Positions 1 to 7,889 of a stretch of 64,000 nt of DNA are shown piece after piece. Position 1 is the first letter of the stretch. Every line of letters starts with the position of its first letter. The position numbers and the translations under genes were made by a program. The notes under the pieces are model-generated. The model saw nothing but the letters and a program-made list of their open reading frames with translations, did not search any database and had not been told where the DNA came from. Origin of the DNA: Candidatus Thorarchaeota archaeon (GTDB lineage Archaea; Asgardarchaeota; Thorarchaeia; Thorarchaeales; Thorarchaeaceae); the NCBI GenBank assembly GCA_003345595.1, contig PRDI01000049.1, forward strand, positions 29,780 to 93,779, written 5' to 3'.

Positions 1-2
1 TG

Positions 3-1169
3 CAGCTTCTGGGGCCTAAGATGCCGTCTTGTAAGCAGCTTCCAAGCCACACCTGTGCCGACTCTCATGTCCCTTACTAGGACATGACTATCCCCACCCC
101 AGATGGATATAGCAAGTCCCATCACGCCCTCTTGAGTCATCTTCAGCTGAGGTGCGCTTGCGGCGCTTACAACAACATACACAGTTGAATTGAACCAGCC
201 TTCACTACCCTGCACTTCTTCGTACTGATCCAAGAGCGTCTTCTTAGCGGCTTGATCGACCAAGGAGTCCTCTCGCTTGCGTTCTCTCTCGCGGATTGAT
301 TTCCATTGCCCCTCCATTTTTCTTCTTTCTCTGCCAGGCTTGGCACTGGAGAAGACACAGGTCAAGCTCAAGGAAAACCCCTGCTTAAGCGCGGTGGACA
401 GGAAAGTGCCAACCTGTGATGACGAAGGCGAAGGTGCTACTCTGGGAGCACCAGTGAATACCACTAGCGATTTCCGGAGGTCGGCCTTTCTGTGTAATCT
501 ATTCTCAAGTGTGCACTTCTCGACAACGAATCCAGCCGCTTCTTCCAGAGCATCGCCTTTCAATTGATGTAGTTCAAGATTAACTAGAGACGCAAGAAGG
601 ATTGCCTCTGTTCTTGTCGCCTCTCTCCTCAAGACTTGCATCATTTCCTCCAAATGATGACCACTTGTGCTAATGAAGAACCTCAGAAACGGCTCGCCCT
701 TAGCTAGTCCCGCCTCATATGCCATCGTGACTCCGTGGTCCATGCCTGCGCGCAGCGCCAATAGCATCGCTGTGTTGTACTTGGGTTTACCGTCGGGCCC
801 ACACTCCACCGATCCTGATGCAGATGTGATTTCAAGGCAGCACATTGCAATCAAGCGGTTTCCTAGACCGACCACAAGAAACTCATCTTGCACCGAGGAT
901 GATATGCCTCCAACAAGGATTCCCAGACATGCCAAGACTGCTCCTGCAGAGATTGGCACTCCACAGACCAGAATCTCTACCAGAAGTTTCGACGGAACAG
1001 CGGGCTGTTCGATTAAACCAGCTAGTGGAAGCATATAGACCACGGTCAGGTACAGGGCACATACCACTGCTCCAAACGCATAGGCTGCTCTGATCCAGTG
1101 CCCACAATTCAACATGATTCTATCAGGAATGGTTCTCCTCTTGTTTCTGGGTGTGCTAGTGCTCATCAT
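3..1169 (-). CDS. Membrane-anchored hypothetical protein, 3'-truncated by window edge (possibly the N-terminal part of a VirB4/HerA-type ATPase)
   Basis: Not in the ORF track because it has no stop in the window. Manual translation from ATG 1169 stays open for 389 codons (MMSTSTPRNKRR...), with two N-terminal hydrophobic segments. No P-loop is visible in the part present, so the family is a guess. Confidence 0.6.
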   Translation of the reverse strand, partial: MMSTSTPRNKRRTIPDRIMLNCGHWIRAAYAFGAVVCALYLTVVYMLPLAGLIEQPAVPSKLLVEILVCGVPISAGAVLACLGILVGGISSSVQDEFLVVGLGNRLIAMCCLEITSASGSVECGPDGKPKYNTAMLLALRAGMDHGVTMAYEAGLAKGEPFLRFFISTSGHHLEEMMQVLRREATRTEAILLASLVNLELHQLKGDALEEAAGFVVEKCTLENRLHRKADLRKSLVVFTGAPRVAPSPSSSQVGTFLSTALKQGFSLSLTCVFSSAKPGRERRKMEGQWKSIRERERKREDSLVDQAAKKTLLDQYEEVQGSEGWFNSTVYVVVSAASAPQLKMTQEGVMGLAISIWGGDSHVLVRDMRVGTGVAWKLLTRRHLRPQKL

Positions 1170-1569
1170 AGACAGACTTCACGACCGCGCCGCACTGGCG
1201 AATCATCACTAATCTAGGAATCCCAATTCCAAGCACCTTGTGTCAGTGTCTGTGATTTGAACTCCCCCGCGACTTTCGTAGTGTCGGACATTGGTGTTCC
1301 GTTTCGAGCGTCGTAACTGATTGGAGTGACTGTTACATTGGTCACGTGAACAGAGCGAAGGTGTTCATTTGCGGTGGTTCTAGGAGGTTAAAAGACACGC
1401 TCCAGTAACGAAAAAGCAGTGGATTGGATGAGAAATAGAGCCGTTTCCGAACAGGACATTGCCAGTTCAAGCGGCGGGCCATTGATGTCAATCCGATATG
1501 TCAAAGGCAAGCCCCTGACTAAATCTGGACCACGGGGGCAAGATGACGGATTCTCCTGAGGCATGTTCA

Positions 1570-3534
1570 ATGAGGAATGTGCCTGTTCTTATTGGAGCCG
1601 CAATTGCCCTGATGCTCTTTATGTTTGCGGCTTGCACAGAAACAGTATCTGCAGAAGAAACGCCTATCTGTCGGGGCAGTGTCGCAACTATCACTATTAC
1701 CTTGCTCCAGAACGGCACATATGGAAACCCGGTTTCTAATCAGCCTGTGGAGTTCTTCGATCAGACCCTTGATGTGTTCTTGGGCTTGGTCCTGACTGAT
1801 GTGGACGGCCGCGCTCAGTTCGAATGGTCCCTACCAGCAGACCATCCCCTTGGGCCGACCGTGATCAATGCCACCTACCGTGGCAACGAAACTCTGGCAC
1901 TCGCTCCGTCTTTCCAATGGACATCACTTACTGTACTCTCCTCCACGAGAATGGATATTCAAGTTGAACGAAGCACTGTGTTTCCCGGGGAAGTAGTACC
2001 ATTCACAGTCCTGCTCTTGAACGACATGAATCTTCCACTGCCGTACGCACAACTCACTGTGTTTTGTAACAGCGTGCCAATCACATCGAGGGCTACAAAC
2101 TCATCTGGCTGGGCCCGGTTCACTGTTCAGTGCAATGACTCATGGGCTCGTTTGGGAGAGAATGAAATCCGGGTTGCCTATGAACAAAACCTAGTAGTCT
2201 TCAATGAGGCGGTAGCAGAGTCATTCATGGTAACGGTCGAGCAAGTTTCCACAAGTGTCGAAGTGACAAAACCTCCTCTGGGGTCGTACGGACTGAACGA
2301 CACTCTACGTACAGACTTGTTTCTGAGAGCCGACGATGGAGCACTGCCCGGGGCCAGACTTCAAGTTGCTTTGGACGGCGTTTCTCTTGCTGCTGTCTTG
2401 ACTGATGACTCTGGTGTGGCACATCTATGTCTAGTAATAGACGGCATATTCACTCTAGGCCCTCATAGGTTAACTTTCGAGTATCCGGGGAATTCTCGAT
2501 ATGCATCATGTTCACATGATATTTCCATTAGCGTCCTAAGCAGTGCAAACATTCGAATCATTCTTCAAGGACCCGTCATTGTCAACACAGACAGCAACAT
2601 CACTATTGAGATCAGGGATCTGTTCCACCGTCCGATACAGAATGCTACCATCATTCTGCGTGACCTAGTTAGCAATGAAACATTCGCCGGTGCAGTCCCT
2701 ATTGGCACGACCTCTGTGAGTTTCAGTTTCCATATTGTAGGAAGAACCGGAGCCAGAAGCTTCCTCATCAGCATTGTTGGGAACGAGTATGTCACGAACA
2801 GGACCAGTGCATTCAGCACTCTTGTCTGGTCTCGTCCTGACTTAATACTGGTCAGAAGCAACATCAGAGGGTATGCTTCCCCCAGTCAGCAGATAATGCT
2901 CGAAGTCAGGCTGTACGACTCCCAGATGGCCTATACTGACACACTTGTGGAATCCTGGATTGACAATACGACAGCTGTTTCCCATTCATTCACGAATAGC
3001 TCTGGCTTCGCGATTGTTGAACTCAAAGCGCCACAGGATGAAGGTCTGGTCGATACATGGATTGTCTACAGCGGCAATCTGACTGTTTTTAGAATGTCTA
3101 ATACCTTACACTACACTTTCACTGTCAGCAGGATAGTCCCGCTGGCGATTGAACTGCACCACTACACAGTAATCATGCCCCTGCTACAGCTCGAGGTTGT
3201 CTTGATGGCCTGCGCTCTCAATGGATCCTTGCTAGAGGGGGTGACAATAAACTATGAATGGCTCTCCATTCGAGGAAGCACAGAGAGTACGCATGATGGC
3301 TTGTCCCAACTGTACCTGCCAGTACCCGGGTTTCCGGGTTCGTTCATTCTCTCTTATTGGACCGAATCCTCCTCGTACACACTCTCATGTAGTGGGCACT
3401 TCGTCATCAATCTAAATGGAAGTGAAGTTGCAGCAGCTCAAGGTGTCGGCATCACTGGCATGGCAGCAAGCATATGTGTTTCTCTAACATTGGCCGCAAT
3501 ACCAATCATCAGAAAGAGGTACCTACTGGACTAG
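1570..3534 (+). CDS. Secreted/surface protein with repeated Ig-like beta-sandwich domains and a C-terminal membrane anchor
   Basis: Signal-peptide-like N-terminus (MRNVPVLIGAAIALMLFMF); recurring TDxxGxA and 'YxGN' motifs; many NxS/T sequons; C-terminal hydrophobic helix followed by RKR. Confidence 0.75.
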   Translation: MRNVPVLIGAAIALMLFMFAACTETVSAEETPICRGSVATITITLLQNGTYGNPVSNQPVEFFDQTLDVFLGLVLTDVDGRAQFEWSLPADHPLGPTVINATYRGNETLALAPSFQWTSLTVLSSTRMDIQVERSTVFPGEVVPFTVLLLNDMNLPLPYAQLTVFCNSVPITSRATNSSGWARFTVQCNDSWARLGENEIRVAYEQNLVVFNEAVAESFMVTVEQVSTSVEVTKPPLGSYGLNDTLRTDLFLRADDGALPGARLQVALDGVSLAAVLTDDSGVAHLCLVIDGIFTLGPHRLTFEYPGNSRYASCSHDISISVLSSANIRIILQGPVIVNTDSNITIEIRDLFHRPIQNATIILRDLVSNETFAGAVPIGTTSVSFSFHIVGRTGARSFLISIVGNEYVTNRTSAFSTLVWSRPDLILVRSNIRGYASPSQQIMLEVRLYDSQMAYTDTLVESWIDNTTAVSHSFTNSSGFAIVELKAPQDEGLVDTWIVYSGNLTVFRMSNTLHYTFTVSRIVPLAIELHHYTVIMPLLQLEVVLMACALNGSLLEGVTINYEWLSIRGSTESTHDGLSQLYLPVPGFPGSFILSYWTESSSYTLSCSGHFVINLNGSEVAAAQGVGITGMAASICVSLTLAAIPIIRKRYLLD

Positions 3535-3542
3535 AATCCCAA

Positions 3543-3652
3543 TGGTGCTCCGGCCGGGATTTGAACCCGGGTCTGGGGATCGAGAGTCCCCAATGCTGGG
3601 CCGGACTACACTCGGCCGCACAACGAATCTCACTCGGTGCGACTACCGGAGC
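3543..3652 (-). tRNA. tRNA-Glu(CTC) with a 32-nt intron at 10/11 (intron 3611-3642)
   Basis: Acceptor GCTCCGG/CCGGAGC-ACCA; anticodon arm GGGGA-CTCTCGA-TCCCC; T arm CCGGG-TTCAAAT-CCCGG. Removing 32 nt restores the D-stem GTGT/GCAT (78-nt mature tRNA). Confidence 0.93.
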
Positions 3653-3912
3653 TTGGGCTGTGCCAGCCCGGAGCGGGCATTCACCCTCTACGCAGCAAAT
3701 AAGGCTTTCTCTGTAAAGTCACGATATTTCCAATCTGAATCGGATGTTGGCCTGGAACTCTGGTCTGTCACTCTGCGAATCATCGATAGCATTGGTGTCG
3801 GAGCACTGCCCACATCTCCAATGCGTTTCACCCTAGCTTGTTTACTTTCCAAGAAAACCGATTGTATTCAAACATTCAAGCTGTTTCGACCTGCTTACTG
3901 CAACTGGGCGGA

Positions 3913-4119
3913 CTATGGACCGAATAGCTGGGTGAGACTACTCCAGCTGTCTTGGAGTAGCTGAAGCAGACTGTTCACAACACCTTGTGCCCATCCTGTT
4001 GCTTCAAGGATGACTGCTATTATGATGGATACTGTGACCACAGCTAGACCAAGAAGCAGGCTCTCCTCTACCAAGGGTCCTCCAATCTCATTGTCTTTCA
4101 GCTTAGTCTGCTTCGTCAT
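3913..4119 (-). CDS. Flp/type IV pilin-like small protein with class III signal peptide
   Basis: MTKQTKLKDNEIG|GPLVEESLLLGLAVVTVSIIIAVI: basic leader, Gly at -1, Glu at +5, hydrophobic helix. Own TATA-like element (4152-4161). Adjacent to a secretion ATPase. Confidence 0.65.
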   Translation of the reverse strand: MTKQTKLKDNEIGGPLVEESLLLGLAVVTVSIIIAVILEATGWAQGVVNSLLQLLQDSWSSLTQLFGP

Positions 4120-4280
4120 TTCATGAACCTGTCCAAGGGTTCTCTTCGAGGCTATATTAAGTCCCCATGTTCTTGACGCGGTAATAGCACATCTCTCAGC
4201 AGAGCTCAACATACTCTATCAGGACGTCCAGCACGCCAAAGACTGGCCAACCGTGTGCAAGAACGACATTCGATGCTCTC

Positions 4281-6041
4281 TTAGCCCCGATACAGAAACG
4301 GATGACCATTCTTCCATAGCCTCTCCCCCATGAACATGGTAATGTCCATTTCAGACCCGCCAATCTCGTTTTCAAGTTCATGAAGTAGCCTCTCGTAGGC
4401 GGGCACATGACTTTGAATCCCTTGTTCCCGGGAATGAAGCATGAATGCTCCATCCTCAGCCCACTTCGGGATTCCAGACTTAGCCGGCTGATTCGATAAG
4501 ACTACGTTCAGCCCGGCGAATCTCAGCAGGCCATCGACAACCTGTCTTCTCACTTCAACAACCTCTTTGACTCGTCGTGTGGCATTTCCAGGTGTGGGCC
4601 GCTCCATAGTGATTATGAGGTCTATGAGTGCGACACTCGATTTATCAATGCCATGATCTGATGTCCAGCGAGAAATGAGACTCGATGCAGAATCACTGTG
4701 ACAGGTCTGTATTGTATGAAGACCCGCCGCAATTGCCTGAAACAAAGCACGGCTGTGTTCTGCTGTCTGAATCTCTCCAAGAATCAGATAATCAGGTGAC
4801 CTGTGAAGGCTTTTTACGATCTCCTTGCTCTTGTCGAATCCGGGCTCGTTCTCGTCAACTGGATCGACCCTGATTCTTACTTGGTGACACCCTTTGATAG
4901 ACCTACTTTCGACGGCATCTTCGATGTAGACTCTTCTCCAGCTTCGCGGCGTAGTCATATCAAGAGCATTCAGCAGAGTAGTCTTCCCGGATCCCGGACC
5001 ACCTGTTATCGTAATGTTGAACCTAGCAGACACGGCAAGCAACAGTATCGCCGCAGCCTCCATACTGAGCGTGCCATTGCGAACCAAGTCCGTTATCGAA
5101 TATGGGCTCCTACGGGCCCTACGCATCTCAAGATGTAGTCCGTCTGGGCTCAAGGGTGGCAGGCTCAGAGAGAATCTCAGAACTGCATCACAGACCAACA
5201 TCTCTGTCTTGAGCGATGGGTTTCTCCGATCGAGATGGAAATTGCTCTCGGCCCTCACGAGCGTGACGATACGATCAACATCATGCTCATTGACGGTCGT
5301 TGTTGAACAACACCTTCCGAAACGTCGATGGTCAAAGTAAATCTGACTCTCGGGCCGGTCTAGGTAAACCTCCTCGACTTCGTCATCGAGCAGAATTGGA
5401 AGGAAGCATCTGAGGGCTGTTGATCGATGTGCTACGATTTCTGCGATTCTAGTCCTAGTGATAATGCCTACCTCTGGCAGTGAGTGCGAGATCTTCGCTG
5501 CAACAGATTCAGAGATTCGCCTGAGTCTTATGTTGATGTTTTCTCTGGACAAATGCGGTGCATCATCGAACAGACTCCTGTCGGCACTCAATTCATTCAG
5601 CAATGCCATCTCTAGACGAGTCTTAACTAGCGGGACCGTTTCAAGAAGCAGACCTGAACTGGAGCCATCTTCACGGAAGACTGACAGGTAAGGCCCAACA
5701 AGATATGCTTCAGATAACAGATGAACCGTGTCAAAGAAACGCTGGTCCTCAACGTAGACCGATTCCCAACCCTCCGCATGCCATGGCGGTCCGTTGAGCG
5801 GTTTTCCATCATGTCTTCCAAGATGAATCAGGCCCTTCCCAGGTTCGACTACTAGAATCTTAGTCTTTTGCCCGTCATCAGAACTCGTCAAGGCTAACCG
5901 TTTACATGGCCCCTGCTCTGCATATTCACACTCTGTGCACCCTGTCTTGGGGCATAGGATAACATTGACCAAGTGTTCTATCACACCAATCGGACTCCAC
6001 AGCATCAGATGCGGGCCGGATTCACAAGCCAGAAGCTGCAA
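4281..6041 (-). CDS. Type II/IV secretion system ATPase (CpaF/TadA/VirB11/FlaI family)
   Basis: Walker A GGPGSGKTT, Asp box YIEDAVE, Walker B ILGEIQ, His box QTCHSDS, upstream motif 'LDDEVEEVY'. Confidence 0.9.
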   Translation of the reverse strand: MQLLACESGPHLMLWSPIGVIEHLVNVILCPKTGCTECEYAEQGPCKRLALTSSDDGQKTKILVVEPGKGLIHLGRHDGKPLNGPPWHAEGWESVYVEDQRFFDTVHLLSEAYLVGPYLSVFREDGSSSGLLLETVPLVKTRLEMALLNELSADRSLFDDAPHLSRENINIRLRRISESVAAKISHSLPEVGIITRTRIAEIVAHRSTALRCFLPILLDDEVEEVYLDRPESQIYFDHRRFGRCCSTTTVNEHDVDRIVTLVRAESNFHLDRRNPSLKTEMLVCDAVLRFSLSLPPLSPDGLHLEMRRARRSPYSITDLVRNGTLSMEAAAILLLAVSARFNITITGGPGSGKTTLLNALDMTTPRSWRRVYIEDAVESRSIKGCHQVRIRVDPVDENEPGFDKSKEIVKSLHRSPDYLILGEIQTAEHSRALFQAIAAGLHTIQTCHSDSASSLISRWTSDHGIDKSSVALIDLIITMERPTPGNATRRVKEVVEVRRQVVDGLLRFAGLNVVLSNQPAKSGIPKWAEDGAFMLHSREQGIQSHVPAYERLLHELENEIGGSEMDITMFMGERLWKNGHPFLYRG

Positions 6042-6174
6042 ACCGGAACCGTTTGTTCCATCAGACGGCAGCTACAAACTAAGATGCCGGTTTCACCGAT
6101 TTAAGGCCCCTCAGATGACAATTCGAAATGGCTCCTCCGTAGGTGACACCGGTCTTCGTATCATGAAGCACGTT

Positions 6175-7233
6175 TCAAGCAGCCAATTCTGGGACCCTCA
6201 TGGTGCATTCATCCAAGGTTTTCTTTATCATCCCGTAGTGGTCACGGATGCTATACTCTGCTACTTCTGTCGCCTTGGAAGCCAGTTTCTGAGTCAATAC
6301 AGAATGTCTTCCATACTCAATAGCTACCATCCGGTCACTAGCATAAGCAACCGAAACAACAAATATGAACGGATTTCGACCACCTCTCCTTGAGGCCGGT
6401 ATGAAGTCGAGGACTACGAGCATTTTGTTTCTCATGGCATTCTCATATTCCTTCGAATCCCACCCCCTCAACTTTGCTTTCCCAACAACCTGCGGGCTAT
6501 TCATGAGCATCGACAACACCCTAGGGATGTAATCTTCAGGCTGTCTCAAATCTGGTGCATGACCTGTCACAGACTTGAGCCGCATCGCTTCTCGAACCAT
6601 TGCACGCACATTCACTCTGTGTCCGCACTTCTCAAAGACATCAGCTATTTCCTCCAGAGTTATCGGAGCTTCGTCCTTGAACTCACGTACTGCCATCAGC
6701 AGACATACGGCCATTAGGAGAATGTTGTTGGTGACCCTCTCTTTTGCGTCCGAGATGACTTTCTTGTAGAGATACGCAGTTCGATCGCGTACCTGCTCGT
6801 TCAACATCAGTAGCTTCGAAACGTGATTGAGTGTTCTGAGTGCTCTGTACTTTGCTTCACTCCTCCCGATTCTTATACGTGCACTATACACAGTCTTCAG
6901 TCGTTTGAATCTCTTCTGTGCATGGCCGGACAATGCTTGGCCATGAGCATCTCGGAAATACGTGTCCTTGTGAAAACCCATGTAGCTTCCAAGCCCGTCC
7001 ACAATATGCATTCTGTTTCCCAATGAAACATACATGGCTGCATCAGGAGTTTCACCATGTTGTTCCTCCCCCATCTGGTAAGTTGGATGTACGTACTCCC
7101 TAGAAACCACAAGCCCACATTCGGCGCATACTATGTGCCCTTGACTGGTCACCAGTTGCCCCGAACAGTCCGGACAGGACCATGAAGAGGTTACGAGCTG
7201 TTCACCTGTTTCATCAACCAATGGCTGTACCAC
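6175..7233 (-). CDS. Transcription initiation factor IIB family protein (divergent TFB paralog)
   Basis: N-terminal Zn ribbon CPDC...CAECGLV; two cyclin-like repeats (ITLEEIA, PEDYIPR, GRNP, TQKLASKATEVAEYSIR). Confidence 0.85.
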   Translation of the reverse strand: MVQPLVDETGEQLVTSSWSCPDCSGQLVTSQGHIVCAECGLVVSREYVHPTYQMGEEQHGETPDAAMYVSLGNRMHIVDGLGSYMGFHKDTYFRDAHGQALSGHAQKRFKRLKTVYSARIRIGRSEAKYRALRTLNHVSKLLMLNEQVRDRTAYLYKKVISDAKERVTNNILLMAVCLLMAVREFKDEAPITLEEIADVFEKCGHRVNVRAMVREAMRLKSVTGHAPDLRQPEDYIPRVLSMLMNSPQVVGKAKLRGWDSKEYENAMRNKMLVVLDFIPASRRGGRNPFIFVVSVAYASDRMVAIEYGRHSVLTQKLASKATEVAEYSIRDHYGMIKKTLDECTMRVPELAA

Positions 7234-7400
7234 AAGACATACCCATCATTCGAATCCATAATTGGATTCCAGGCACCCCTGTTCTCTTTACAAGACACGT
7301 ATGTCTGCTCCATCGAACACGCATGGCTACTAGACAGTCATTTTCACCCTACCCAGAAAGAGGGATTTCCGAAACTACTGTGTCCTCCGATGGGTGCTCT

Positions 7401-7766
7401 TCACGTTATCACGATATAGAATGTATTGGATGAGAAAGTCTTGCTCTGTGAAGATGTTGGCTTAGCAATCCCGAGCACAACTCTAAGGCCCCCCAACGAT
7501 CCCAGTATCTCAAGCCCTTTGGTTTCAGTTCTCCGGAAGACGGTGCCCTCACCATACAGTCTCGCCTGTTCCCCCTTAGGAATAGCCTTGGAGTCAATGA
7601 CCACATCAACGTGGTCTTTGGCATTAAACCTACTGGAAAGCGCTTCTGGAAGTTCAATCGTGAGTGTTGCACCATCACTCTTGGACGACACTTTCAAGAG
7701 CTTGAGTCTCTTAGTGTCCGTTTCCTTGATGGATTCGATGATGGCATCCTTGAATCTGACACCCAT
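7401..7766 (-). CDS. rpo8: DNA-directed RNA polymerase subunit Rpo8 (RpoG/RPB8-like)
   Basis: 121-aa OB-fold-like protein; LYGEGTVF and SLGGLRV resemble the RPB8 'YxMxGxVY' and 'SxGGLL' motifs. Confidence 0.7.
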   Translation of the reverse strand: MGVRFKDAIIESIKETDTKRLKLLKVSSKSDGATLTIELPEALSSRFNAKDHVDVVIDSKAIPKGEQARLYGEGTVFRRTETKGLEILGSLGGLRVVLGIAKPTSSQSKTFSSNTFYIVIT

Positions 7767-7889
7767 AACTCTAACACATCCAGCAGACTGAGGCTTCGCG
7801 GTGAGCGGCCGAAGGCATTGAATTAAACCTGTCGCTGCTCTCTTGTGCCGTTTTTTAGGCGTTGCAGCGACAGTTATTCGGTGGGCCTG

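Noticed and set aside
3542-3964. 140-aa ORF and neighbouring short ORFs across the tRNA-Glu region
   Set aside because: Antisense to the tRNA and the pilin gene; no protein-like motifs.
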